64,000 bases of DNA from a virus (IMGVR_UViG_3300035681_000018:6616-70615); one strand, 5' to 3'; counted from the stretch's first letter, positions 1-8,479 are shown. Numbers and translations: made by a program. Notes: generated by a model not told the origin, from the sequence alone.

Positions 1-150
1 ATTACTGACGGAGTTGATTTTAACTTCCGTTTGTTCAACGAGAAAACTTATGAAGAATTACCTGGAATTAGTTTTGAAGAAGAAGAAGAAGAACAAGATG
101 TTGAGCCTCAAAGTACTAAGTACTTTGGTGTAATCTTCCGTGACTACTAA
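1..150 (+). CDS. 3' end of acidic hypothetical protein (partial)
   Basis: Open frame from base 1 to TAA at 148-150, with a poly-Glu tract. Confidence 0.6.
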   Translation: MTDGVDFNFRLFNEKTYEELPGISFEEEEEEQDVEPQSTKYFGVIFRDY

Positions 151-156
151 TTAATA

Positions 157-186
157 CCTGGGCATCCACAGGGTGTAAGTCCCAGG
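157..186 (+). ncRNA. Leader stem-loop motif B, copy 1
   Basis: CCTGGG-CATCC-ACA-GGGTG-TAAGT-CCCAGG; near-identical copy at 962-991. Confidence 0.6.
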
Positions 187-216
187 ATTCACATCAACTT
201 CACCTTCAACTTAACC

Positions 217-450
217 ATGGCAAACACCAAGTATCCAACAATTGACTGGACATCAAACGAATACCACAAGCTACAAGAGATTGTGGATCTACTTAAGGCA
301 GTCCTTGAACGTGAGTCAAAGCGTTCATGTACTTGTCAACACTTGGTTCCAGGGGATGAAGATGTTCTATATGAAGTGATTGCAATGCTTGAGGAAAGGA
401 TCGACTACGATCCAACACCTCAGTATGACCCAAGCCTTGCAGGAATCTAA
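217..450 (+). CDS. hypothetical early protein
   Basis: 77-aa ORF after CA-rich leader. Confidence 0.7.
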   Translation: MANTKYPTIDWTSNEYHKLQEIVDLLKAVLERESKRSCTCQHLVPGDEDVLYEVIAMLEERIDYDPTPQYDPSLAGI

Positions 451-458
451 CATCAGGT

Positions 459-472
459 AGTACATAAGTACT
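459..472. promoter_or_regulatory. cyanobacterial LexA-type box
   Basis: Intergenic AGTACATAAGTACT fits RGTAC-NNN-DGTWCB. Confidence 0.45.
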
Positions 473-553
473 GGCCGTGTATTAGTATCTCTGATGCATG
501 GCCTTTACCTTGACTACCCTGGTAGACTGACCTAGTTAATCAACTCAATTCAA

Positions 554-763
554 ATGACATCCTCCAACACTCCTCGCATTCCCGACTCCCTTGACATGCA
601 ACGCCTGCAGGCCATGCAGCTTGTAGCAAAGATGAAGGAATCAGCCGAGAGACATGGCATTGGTTTCATTGGGGGCTTCATTGCTCCCAATGGAGAGAAA
701 TTTGTAATGACAAACATGGATGACGATGATGCCATGGCACTCATGCCGGAGGATCTCAAGTGA
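554..763 (+). CDS. hypothetical protein
   Basis: 69-aa ORF, CAACTCAATTCAA leader. Confidence 0.7.
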   Translation: MTSSNTPRIPDSLDMQRLQAMQLVAKMKESAERHGIGFIGGFIAPNGEKFVMTNMDDDDAMALMPEDLK

Positions 764-957
764 CTAAGAAATCTCCCATTAGTTTTGATCGCACCATTCA
801 TGGTGTGAACATCACTGAACATGGTATCAAGTCAGTAAGTAAACAGATCAAGCTTGGTCCATTCCAACTGACTGTCAACGCCAGCCCCAATGGCGTCAAA
901 GGATCAGTCAGTATCCCTGGCACAGGCTTGAGTATTCCAAACATTAAATTATTCTAA
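760..957 (+). CDS. DUF4236-like small protein
   Basis: KxIKLGPF...SVSIPGTGLS motif; overlaps previous stop. Confidence 0.55.
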   Translation: MTKKSPISFDRTIHGVNITEHGIKSVSKQIKLGPFQLTVNASPNGVKGSVSIPGTGLSIPNIKLF

Positions 958-961
958 AGAT

Positions 962-991
962 CCTGGGCATCCTTACGGTGTAAGTCCCAGG
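962..991 (+). ncRNA. Leader stem-loop motif B, copy 2
   Basis: CCTGGG-CATC-CTTAC-GGTG-TAAGT-CCCAGG. Confidence 0.6.
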
Positions 992-1017
992 TCCTGTCCA
1001 CTAACGCAACTCAACTC

Positions 1018-1203
1018 ATGTCTGCTTACGTCGACTATCTCAACATGTTTGATCGCATCAATCTTGCTGACTGCGCAAAGCGCAGAGCAAGTGCAAATGT
1101 TTTAGATGAAACACGATTCAATGGCGAGTACGACACAGCACGTCTGTGGATGAAGTACCGCCTCATCAAGACCACCCACCATTCCTACGTGGAGGACAAC
1201 TGA
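1018..1203 (+). CDS. hypothetical protein
   Basis: 61-aa ORF after motif B. Confidence 0.65.
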   Translation: MSAYVDYLNMFDRINLADCAKRRASANVLDETRFNGEYDTARLWMKYRLIKTTHHSYVEDN

Positions 1204-1454
1204 TGACAGTCCTTGCAATCGAAGATACTTACTTCACACAAACTCATGTCACAGTTACAGCAGTTGTTGACGACATGCGCCTGCTCTATCGGGCGACTCG
1301 CTTCGACCCTGAAGAGTGGGCTCCTGCATTGTGCACAACAACTATTGAGTTGGATCCAGAGGAACCGATTCCTCTTGACGAAGATGGCTTCTGCAGTTAT
1401 CTTGATCAACTCGATCCTCTCTGGCAACTACTCGATCTGAGTGACTACGAATGA
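1203..1454 (+). CDS. hypothetical acidic protein
   Basis: TGATG coupling with the previous ORF. Confidence 0.65.
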   Translation: MTVLAIEDTYFTQTHVTVTAVVDDMRLLYRATRFDPEEWAPALCTTTIELDPEEPIPLDEDGFCSYLDQLDPLWQLLDLSDYE

Positions 1455-1702
1455 TTGGCTTTTCACTTGAATTCAAACGCTGGTACTTTGTACTGCGTGG
1501 CCCCAAGGGTCGAGTGTACTTGGCAACTGGCTTTGCTAAATGCATGCCAGTTTTTGCGAATGGACGCAGTGTCAGTCTTCACGATATCATTAACGATGAT
1601 GACGTGAAATACGGTACTTATTGCTGCGACCAACGCATTGGTCCATGGGAAGGTGATGAGACTGACGAAGAACTTTTGCGTCAGTTAAAAGAGATCCGCT
1701 AA
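1451..1702 (+). CDS. hypothetical protein
   Basis: 83-aa ORF, ATGA overlap. Confidence 0.6.
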   Translation: MIGFSLEFKRWYFVLRGPKGRVYLATGFAKCMPVFANGRSVSLHDIINDDDVKYGTYCCDQRIGPWEGDETDEELLRQLKEIR

Positions 1703-1707
1703 TCAAC

Positions 1708-1735
1708 CGTCCTGGGCATGACGTTAAACTGCCTA
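1708..1735 (+). ncRNA. H-type pseudoknot motif A, copy 1
   Basis: CGTC-C-TGGGCA-T-GACG-TTAAAC-TGCCTA. Confidence 0.75.
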
Positions 1736-1760
1736 TACTCAACTCAACTCCAACCTCATC

Positions 1761-3476
1761 ATGTATTTCCATCTCCCCTCCAGCCTGCAACAAGAACTCT
1801 TGGCTTATGATCCAAAGCTCAAGGCTTTGGTCAAAGAGCAAGAACCTAAGAAGTCTACGAAGAAAGCTAAGTATCCACTGGGTAATATCCCACATCTCAT
1901 CCCTGAGAATGTGATACGTGCTGGCTATCAACAAGATGCGATTGATCGCATCAATGCATCAGGTGTATCTGAGCGTTATCACCGCTTTACCAAGGTAGTT
2001 GATATTGCTACACCACAAGCACGTACGATTACCATTGCAGTTCTCTATCACTTCGAGCAATGCTGGTATGCCGCATGGTTACCTGCCAAGGGAGAGGACT
2101 ATCTCTATGGCTATGCCTTTGCATTCAAGAATACTGCTGCTGCAGCTAAAATGTTGCCTCGCCGTATTTGGGAAAGTAAAGATCAATGCACTGAACACAC
2201 CATTGGTCGTGGCTCACAGACCTTTACATACTCACGTACTATAACCAAGGAAGATGTTATTGCTGGTAATGATGCACGCAACTGGCGTGCCATGGGTATT
2301 GCTAGTTATTATCAGAAGTCACGTGATATGAATGATGCAATCAATAGCTTTGAGAAAACTTTGATGGAAACATTTCCAACATGGGACGATTGTCGTTCTA
2401 TGTTTGAGCGCATCAAATGTAATAACTTTCTTGATGCACTTGAGTTTCCATCTGCATTAACAAACTGCATTGAAGATCGTTCAGCGTTTAAGTTAACGGT
2501 TGATGGTATGGTCAACCTTGCTAATGCATGGACAGCTAAGAATAACTATGTATCTACAACCTACATAACCATACAGAATATTGAACACATTATTACTACA
2601 CCTTCTATCAAGAAACAACTTCAACTTATGCTTGACAAATCTGTAGCTGAATACAATAACCCTGAGAACAATCAGCGCAAGGCAGTCAAGTATGGCTACA
2701 AAGAGTTTGAGCAAACGACAAACTCTATCTACTTCATTAATCGTGTATGGCCTGATTGCCCACTTGATCACTACCGTACATACTTTGAAGAACTGCGTAT
2801 TGTTAATCTCAATCATCTACGTACCAATGATGCTTTGCTTACTTGGCTACGTGAGCACATGTCTGTTACATCATTCCTCAATATGATGCGCAAGCATGTT
2901 GAGAAAACAAATGAAGAGACTCGTCGGATCTCTTCTCTATCTGATCATGACTTTATTATCCATGCATGGTATGAGATGAATGACACATTCTCAATGCTAA
3001 TGCGTATCTTTGAGAACGGCAAGACTATCGAAGCACCTAAACGTTGGCGCATGCCTGACTTCCATGATTATGTGCAAGCAGAAGCATGGAAGATAGCTAA
3101 CAAGAAGGAATCATTGCACCAGGATTTATTCCCTACACCTGTCAAGGTCAACATGGGTGACAGTGACTGGACATTCCTCCAACCCATTGACACCCATCAG
3201 CTAGCGCAATGGGGCCAAGCTGTTCGTAACTGTGTTGGCTCTGCGTCCCAGTATGCAGAGGACATCAAGAAACGTAAGCACTTCATTGTGCTTTGTATGA
3301 TTGATGGCAAGCCAACCTTCACCATCCAACTGGATGTATCCATGGGTGTGATGAATGTCAAGCAGATTGCTGGCGTCGGCAACCAGCGATTGGACGACGA
3401 TCAGAAGGAGAAGTACTCCAATGCATTCAAACTGGCCTTGCAATTTCGCAATGATGAGCTAAGCTCTAAGAGCTGA
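1761..3476 (+). CDS. PcfJ-domain-containing protein
   Basis: C-terminal LAQWGQAVRNCVGS..Y...FTIQL..VKQIAGVGN signature. Confidence 0.7.
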   Translation: MYFHLPSSLQQELLAYDPKLKALVKEQEPKKSTKKAKYPLGNIPHLIPENVIRAGYQQDAIDRINASGVSERYHRFTKVVDIATPQARTITIAVLYHFEQCWYAAWLPAKGEDYLYGYAFAFKNTAAAAKMLPRRIWESKDQCTEHTIGRGSQTFTYSRTITKEDVIAGNDARNWRAMGIASYYQKSRDMNDAINSFEKTLMETFPTWDDCRSMFERIKCNNFLDALEFPSALTNCIEDRSAFKLTVDGMVNLANAWTAKNNYVSTTYITIQNIEHIITTPSIKKQLQLMLDKSVAEYNNPENNQRKAVKYGYKEFEQTTNSIYFINRVWPDCPLDHYRTYFEELRIVNLNHLRTNDALLTWLREHMSVTSFLNMMRKHVEKTNEETRRISSLSDHDFIIHAWYEMNDTFSMLMRIFENGKTIEAPKRWRMPDFHDYVQAEAWKIANKKESLHQDLFPTPVKVNMGDSDWTFLQPIDTHQLAQWGQAVRNCVGSASQYAEDIKKRKHFIVLCMIDGKPTFTIQLDVSMGVMNVKQIAGVGNQRLDDDQKEKYSNAFKLALQFRNDELSSKS

Positions 3477-3485
3477 AGCCACAGC

Positions 3486-3521
3486 AGGGGCATCCTATCC
3501 TCGTAAATGGGATGCCTCTTT
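3486..3521 (+). terminator. putative intrinsic terminator
   Basis: AGGGGCATCCTAT/ATGGGATGCCTCT stem followed by a short T run. Confidence 0.5.
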
Positions 3522-3525
3522 ACCT

Positions 3526-3735
3526 ATGGACTACACCGATGATCAGCTCCTTGCCATGGCCATGGCTAACATTGGTGAATACATCACGGACAACTCACCA
3601 CAGTACATCCTGATTGAAGACGATCCTCGTAATGAGGATGACTATGATAGCTGGACTTACGGAATGGAAGTCCTACCTCAAGACCACACTTGGCAGTCAG
3701 ATTCAATTGACGTAAGTCCAAGTGAGGCCGACTAG
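3526..3735 (+). CDS. hypothetical acidic protein
   Basis: 69-aa ORF; stop codon lies inside the tRNA 5' end. Confidence 0.55.
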   Translation: MDYTDDQLLAMAMANIGEYITDNSPQYILIEDDPRNEDDYDSWTYGMEVLPQDHTWQSDSIDVSPSEAD

Positions 3736-3801
3736 CCCAACGGCAGAGGCAAGCGACTTAAAATCGCTACAGTCCCGGTTCGAATCCGAGGTCGGCTACC
3801 A
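3726..3801 (+). tRNA. trnL: tRNA-Leu(UAA), short variable loop, encoded CCA
   Basis: Acceptor GGCCGAC/GTCGGCT, anticodon arm AGCGA-CTTAAAA-TCGCT, T-loop TTCGAAT, ends ACCA. Confidence 0.85.
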
Positions 3802-3824
3802 ACTCAACACATTACACCACAACA

Positions 3825-4184
3825 ATGGACATCATTCGTTCGATCAAGTGCCTTATTCCTGAGTTTCATGCATTTAGTGCTGAAGACAGGGGCTATCACG
3901 TTGGTGCTACCTGGACTGACGACCAGGGGTTGCGTGACTATCACAACGTTGAACTCAAGTACACACGGAACTCAGAACGCCTAGCTCTCCAGGGTAAGCA
4001 ACAGCCTGATGGCAGCTGGCTTTACATTGAACCCAATGGTCGTTGCCATGTCATGTCAGCAGAACGTGCTGCTCACTTCATGGCACAGGCACAAGCACAA
4101 GCTGCGATCCTAGAGCAAATGTTACAGAACATGAACACGGATGGAGGCGATGGAGTGGTAGACACCACTGCCATAACTGTGTAA
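3825..4184 (+). CDS. hypothetical protein
   Basis: 119-aa ORF. Confidence 0.7.
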   Translation: MDIIRSIKCLIPEFHAFSAEDRGYHVGATWTDDQGLRDYHNVELKYTRNSERLALQGKQQPDGSWLYIEPNGRCHVMSAERAAHFMAQAQAQAAILEQMLQNMNTDGGDGVVDTTAITV

Positions 4185-4236
4185 GATCATCTAGCCAAGG
4201 ACTACTCAGCCCCTGCGTAAGCGGGGGCCTTCCTTC

Positions 4237-4557
4237 ATGACAAACGATTCTATTGATCTTGACCTTGTTGATCAAACGATTGCACTGATACCAGAGCAAG
4301 CATGGACTCAAGTGAGACAAGCAATTGTTACAGCCTTAGTTGATAACATGCCTGGCTTTGCACTTGAGAAGTTGACAGGTACTTATGATGGCTTCGATCG
4401 TGCAGAAGAAATTCTGTATGACTACTATCAACTTCCTGATTTAAAACAAGATCTTATTGTTGATGCATTCAAAATTATGGGTGCAATCAATTGTCTTGAA
4501 CTACTCAGCTCATTGAATCTTACTGAAGATGAATTGCAGACAATGCAACAGCAGTAA
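4237..4557 (+). CDS. hypothetical protein
   Basis: 106-aa ORF. Confidence 0.7.
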   Translation: MTNDSIDLDLVDQTIALIPEQAWTQVRQAIVTALVDNMPGFALEKLTGTYDGFDRAEEILYDYYQLPDLKQDLIVDAFKIMGAINCLELLSSLNLTEDELQTMQQQ

Positions 4558-4864
4558 CACACGCGTTACTTGTACTGAACATCTAGGATCTGATGTAACC
4601 AAACGTTATTGTCGTTGTCTTGATTGTGGTTGCAAGTACCGTACTGTTGAACGGTATGAAGTTGCTAAACCAATTCCATTGAAAGCCTACAAACCTATTG
4701 GTACCAGGAATGGAAACTCTTTCTTGACTGATAATGATGTGTTGATGATTCGTCATCTACATCAGAAAGGATTGAGCAATGGTCAGATAGCAATACGCTA
4801 TGACACTGCTCGCAGTACAATCTCACGTATTGTCAACTACAAAACTTACACCAACATCAAATGA
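4529..4864 (+). CDS. Zn-ribbon (NrdR/Ogr-like) plus HTH DNA-binding protein
   Basis: CxxC...RYCRCLDCGCKYRTVE and C-terminal LSNGQIAIRYDTARSTISRIV HTH. Confidence 0.65.
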   Translation: MNCRQCNSSNTRVTCTEHLGSDVTKRYCRCLDCGCKYRTVERYEVAKPIPLKAYKPIGTRNGNSFLTDNDVLMIRHLHQKGLSNGQIAIRYDTARSTISRIVNYKTYTNIK

Positions 4865-5187
4865 CACAACAACACCCCATCACCCCACCGTCGGAGCTGG
4901 TAGAGCAGTGGGCACATTTGACTGCCGATTGGAATACGGTTGCTCCCTTTATTGCCCAATGGGGCGCCGACCAAGAGCTAGAGGCGTGCTGTGAGTGGGT
5001 GGATTGGAAGTGGTCGGGAATCAAGAGCAGGGAACTCCGCGCCACACGCCGGCCCAAGCCACCGAGCTTGAAGGAGCAGGCGTTACAAGCACTTGCTGAA
5101 GCTGACGCTGGCCTAACAGAATTGGAGTGGCCTCAATGTTCCGACACCATCCGCCGCGCCCTTGAACAACTTCCCGACAACAACTAA
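4861..5187 (+). CDS. paralog family 'WGADQELEACC', copy 1
   Basis: Shares blocks with 5497-5826 and 6811-7149. Confidence 0.75.
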   Translation: MTQQHPITPPSELVEQWAHLTADWNTVAPFIAQWGADQELEACCEWVDWKWSGIKSRELRATRRPKPPSLKEQALQALAEADAGLTELEWPQCSDTIRRALEQLPDNN

Positions 5188-5195
5188 TTATTACA

Positions 5196-5495
5196 ATGAC
5201 AACCAAGCGACAGTTTGATTACAAGATTGGTGACCGTGTTGCTGAACGTCCCAAACCCCATGGGATCTACACAAACAACCAACAAACAAGAGAACGCATC
5301 TCTCAGTACAGGAGCCAGCGGTACGGTGAAGTGGTTGGCATCAACTACAAAAACAACTCACGTGGTGCTACCCAAAAGTTCTTGCTTGTTCGTTGGGATC
5401 ATTTACCTAGCCCAACTGAACATGCCACTGCACGCATCTGTCCTGTGTCAGCACTAGAACGTCTGACCAAAGAAGTCCTTGTCCCTGGTGAATAA
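5196..5495 (+). CDS. hypothetical protein, possible SH3/KOW-like fold
   Basis: YKIGDRV...GEVVGI...LVRWD pattern. Confidence 0.6.
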   Translation: MTTKRQFDYKIGDRVAERPKPHGIYTNNQQTRERISQYRSQRYGEVVGINYKNNSRGATQKFLLVRWDHLPSPTEHATARICPVSALERLTKEVLVPGE

Positions 5496-5496
5496 C

Positions 5497-5826
5497 ATGA
5501 CACAAGAAAACCCAATTACTCCTTCGACTGAGTTGGTGCAGCAGTGGGTTGACACTTACTTTGGTGGCAAAATTTCACAGTCCAATTTTCATCTAGACCT
5601 TGCCACCCGCGCTGCCCAATGGGGTGCAGACCAGGAGCTGAAGGCGTGCTGTGATTGGCTTAGTGTTCCTTGCCCCAGTTACGGACGTGAACTTCGCAAT
5701 GCTCGCCGCCCCGAGTTGCTAAGTTTAAAAGAAAGAGGATTGAAAGCTCTTCTGGAATGTTACAGATATATTCCAGATGATTTGTATGGTGAAATTACAG
5801 AAGCAATTGAATCTTTGCCTGATTGA
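5497..5826 (+). CDS. paralog family 'WGADQELEACC', copy 2
   Basis: MTQENPITP...WGADQELKACCDW...RRPELLSLKE. Confidence 0.75.
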   Translation: MTQENPITPSTELVQQWVDTYFGGKISQSNFHLDLATRAAQWGADQELKACCDWLSVPCPSYGRELRNARRPELLSLKERGLKALLECYRYIPDDLYGEITEAIESLPD

Positions 5827-5827
5827 C

Positions 5828-6037
5828 ATGACTGAAAATCACATTCAATTCCTTCGTGGTTGTTGCGCAACAATCCTTGCGTTTGCAGCTACTGGTTTAA
5901 TCGCTGCAATCTTTTTGTCACCTGATCAACCTAAGAACAACTCTAAGTTTGAAGTCCTTGATCAGTACGAAGGTTGTTCAGTAATCCGTTACACTGATCC
6001 CACATCTCGCTGGCATTACTTCCTTAAGTGCTCATGA
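5828..6037 (+). CDS. small membrane-anchored protein
   Basis: N-terminal hydrophobic helix, FEVLDQYEGC motif. Confidence 0.6.
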   Translation: MTENHIQFLRGCCATILAFAATGLIAAIFLSPDQPKNNSKFEVLDQYEGCSVIRYTDPTSRWHYFLKCS

Positions 6038-6675
6038 ACGTACAACTTGTTTGGGCAACGCCCAATGCAGAAGAGATGATCACGCGCATGGCACGCGTCT
6101 CTGCACCCAAGAATCAAGACAACATGGATACCGCACCCAAGTTGTTGCGTTATCTGATTAAACATCAGCACTGGTCACCGTACGAGATGGCCAACATGTG
6201 TGTTGAAATCAACACAACACGTGCAATCTCACCGCAAATACTTAGGCATCGTTCATTCTCGTTCCAGGAATTCAGTCAACGTTACGCAGATACCAGTGAA
6301 CTTGGCTCAGCTGTTATTCCTCATCTGCGTCGACAAGACTTTAAGAATCGTCAAAACAGTATTGATGATTTGTCTGCTGATGCAATCAGTAGTTATTACC
6401 GCCGCATTAGCAAGTTGTATGAAGACGCTGAACATCTCTACCGCGAGATGGTTAGCAGCGGCGTTGCAAAAGAATGTGCCAGGTTCATCCTGCCACTTTC
6501 AACACAGACCCGTCTCTTCATGAACGGCACCATCAGATCTTGGATCCATTATCTACAACTGCGGACACATGAATCAACCCAACTCGAACACAGAGAAATT
6601 GCAGAAGCAATCAAAGGAATCTTCTGCAAAGAATTCCCAATCATCGGAGAGGCTGTGTTCTCAACAGATCAATGA
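6034..6675 (+). CDS. thyX: FAD-dependent thymidylate synthase
   Basis: RHRSFSFQEFSQRY ThyX motif, HWSPYE, AKECARFILP. Confidence 0.95.
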   Translation: MNVQLVWATPNAEEMITRMARVSAPKNQDNMDTAPKLLRYLIKHQHWSPYEMANMCVEINTTRAISPQILRHRSFSFQEFSQRYADTSELGSAVIPHLRRQDFKNRQNSIDDLSADAISSYYRRISKLYEDAEHLYREMVSSGVAKECARFILPLSTQTRLFMNGTIRSWIHYLQLRTHESTQLEHREIAEAIKGIFCKEFPIIGEAVFSTDQ

Positions 6676-6810
6676 TCTGATTGAGAGATATAAAGAACCA
6701 GAGCAAGCACGCCAGTTTCTTATGGAAGCTGGCATCATTGATGAGAATGGAGACCTCATGCCTCCATATCAAAACACCTCAACGTAAGTAACTATTACCA
6801 CTAATCACCC

Positions 6811-7149
6811 ATGACACAACAACATCCCATTGTCCCACCACCGGACAAAATCCACAACTGGCTCCAGTCAGAAAAGATTGGCTGCACCATCGAGCAAATT
6901 ATTACTGCGGCTGCCCAATGGGGCAGCGACCAAGAGCTAGAAGCGTGCTGTGATTGGATTAACTCATTCCAAAACAAATTTGTTCATGCCCATGATCTTC
7001 GTCTTGTTCGCCGCCCCAAGCCGCCGAGCTTGAAGGAGCAGGCGCTTGAGCAGTTGGATGGAATTGCAGCCGTATTCCGAGTGTCTCACGGTGGCGATCT
7101 CGTGTGCGACAAAATCCGCCGCGCACTGGAGGCCCTACCCAATGACTGA
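6811..7149 (+). CDS. paralog family 'WGADQELEACC', copy 3
   Basis: MTQQHPIVPP...WGSDQELEACC...RRPKPPSLKEQAL...IRRALEALP. Confidence 0.75.
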   Translation: MTQQHPIVPPPDKIHNWLQSEKIGCTIEQIITAAAQWGSDQELEACCDWINSFQNKFVHAHDLRLVRRPKPPSLKEQALEQLDGIAAVFRVSHGGDLVCDKIRRALEALPND

Positions 7150-7372
7150 CCTTTCCCCCGCCGCACAGTATATAGTTAACGCAGCGGTTGAATCCGGTGG
7201 TGGATACGGACGTGCCACGCCAGTACTACACGCACGTCTTGCCGCCGCCCTGCGAGCTGCTGCAGAGCAGATTGAAAACCTGTACTGCGATGGCGATGTG
7301 GAAGACAGTCCTGGCATCGTGTTCGCCTTGCGTCAATTAATGCTTATTGCCAACGAGCTTGAAGCCCAGTAG
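7142..7372 (+). CDS. hypothetical protein (MTDLSPAAQ...AAALRAAA type)
   Basis: ATG overlapping previous gene end. Confidence 0.65.
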   Translation: MTDLSPAAQYIVNAAVESGGGYGRATPVLHARLAAALRAAAEQIENLYCDGDVEDSPGIVFALRQLMLIANELEAQ

Positions 7373-7381
7373 TCACCTTCA

Positions 7382-7498
7382 CTAAAAGGTTGCAGCACTT
7401 TGCTTCTTCAGTTCTGTGACGGCATGCTTGGACTCCACATCTTTGCGTGCCAGCTTTTTCTTTTTGTCCACCAGGTAAACGATCAGTGCCTTGTTCAT
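7382..7498 (-). CDS. 38-aa basic peptide
   Basis: MNKALIVYLVDKKKKLARK...; ATGA-coupled to the DUF4278-like gene; not in ORF track. Confidence 0.5.
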   Translation of the reverse strand: MNKALIVYLVDKKKKLARKDVESKHAVTELKKQSAATF

Positions 7499-7647
7499 TT
7501 GATTTGTCCTCCAGTGACGTAAGGAAAGTAGCAGATGTTACGGTAGGTCAGGCAAAGCCATGGACGGTGTGCTAAGTTCCACCATGCCTTGTCTGTCTTG
7601 GCCTGATCTTCTTGGTTGTATTTGCAACCACGATACGTTAACGTCAT
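7495..7647 (-). CDS. DUF4278-like protein
   Basis: MTLTYRGCKY N-terminus and a second LTYR motif. Confidence 0.65.
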   Translation of the reverse strand: MTLTYRGCKYNQEDQAKTDKAWWNLAHRPWLCLTYRNICYFPYVTGGQIK

Positions 7648-7654
7648 GGCTTTA

Positions 7655-7668
7655 GTATCTATTGATAC
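7655..7668 (-). promoter_or_regulatory. NtcA box just downstream of a TATACT -10 element (7673-7678, -)
   Basis: GTATCAATAGATAC = GTA-N8-TAC, palindromic GTATC-N4-GATAC. Confidence 0.6.
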
Positions 7669-7721
7669 GGAAAGTATATGATGATTGATGTATATGATGT
7701 AGTTCACCCAGTAACACAACC

Positions 7722-7913
7722 ATGATCTCTATTTCAGAAACCTGCAAAGAGTTCAACAAGGCAATGGGTATCAAAGGAAGGTTTTTCCTTTTTGTCCTTG
7801 GTTTTATTGGGCTATTGTTTCCAGGTTGGGTAGCCTATGTTGTTCTCTCTGGGCTTGCTAAATGCACAGAAGATAAAAATATGTATGCACTTTTAAAACA
7901 ACTTGCAGACTAA
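7722..7913 (+). CDS. small membrane protein
   Basis: Hydrophobic central segment. Confidence 0.55.
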   Translation: MISISETCKEFNKAMGIKGRFFLFVLGFIGLLFPGWVAYVVLSGLAKCTEDKNMYALLKQLAD

Positions 7914-7915
7914 CA

Positions 7916-8104
7916 ATGTCTTTTCTTTTGGCTCGTGTCACAGATGAATCTGATCTTCCAGATGATTACTATGCATTTGTCCAACAGTTTACATATTGGC
8001 AAGGAAGCTACGCTTCTCAACTTGATACAGAATCATTGATGATCTTGCTATGGCAAATGGACAAACGTATTAAAGAACTTGAGGCAAATCAAAGTAATCT
8101 GTAA
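7916..8104 (+). CDS. hypothetical protein
   Basis: 62-aa ORF in tight operon. Confidence 0.55.
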   Translation: MSFLLARVTDESDLPDDYYAFVQQFTYWQGSYASQLDTESLMILLWQMDKRIKELEANQSNL

Positions 8105-8400
8105 TGAAAGGATTTAGCTCCACCAAACAACACACACGTTCATCTAGTTATTGGGTTGCTTCCTACACAAAAGACAATCAGGATGAACCACTTGGCATTC
8201 ACAAGAAAGTCTTGTCCTATAAACCAGGGCAAGATAAAGAAGTCTTGATGACAAACTATTGCAACTCCATTATGAAAATCAACAGAAACATATGGGAGAT
8301 CTTGGTGCACCAAGGTCCATCTGAGGTCCCAGACTCAGGTGATCAGATCGTGATTCGTTTATCACGTGAGCCTTTCAAAGGCTGTAGTCAACTGCAATAA
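8104..8400 (+). CDS. hypothetical protein
   Basis: 98-aa ORF, TAATG coupling. Confidence 0.6.
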   Translation: MKGFSSTKQHTRSSSYWVASYTKDNQDEPLGIHKKVLSYKPGQDKEVLMTNYCNSIMKINRNIWEILVHQGPSEVPDSGDQIVIRLSREPFKGCSQLQ

Positions 8401-8479
8401 TCCCGAACGGGAAGATGGACCTGAGCACGTCCTTAAACTACTCATTAGTTTTTATTATCATTCAACTCAACTCAACACC

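Noticed and set aside
112-124. AGTACTAAGTACT LexA-like palindrome
   Set aside because: The spacer is one base short of consensus and it lies inside a CDS.
1708-1735. Pistol ribozyme or preQ1 riboswitch identity for motif A
   Set aside because: It shares a hairpin plus AAA linker, but the pseudoknot partner follows directly with no P2/P3 catalytic domain, and the loop sequence varies freely, unlike preQ1.
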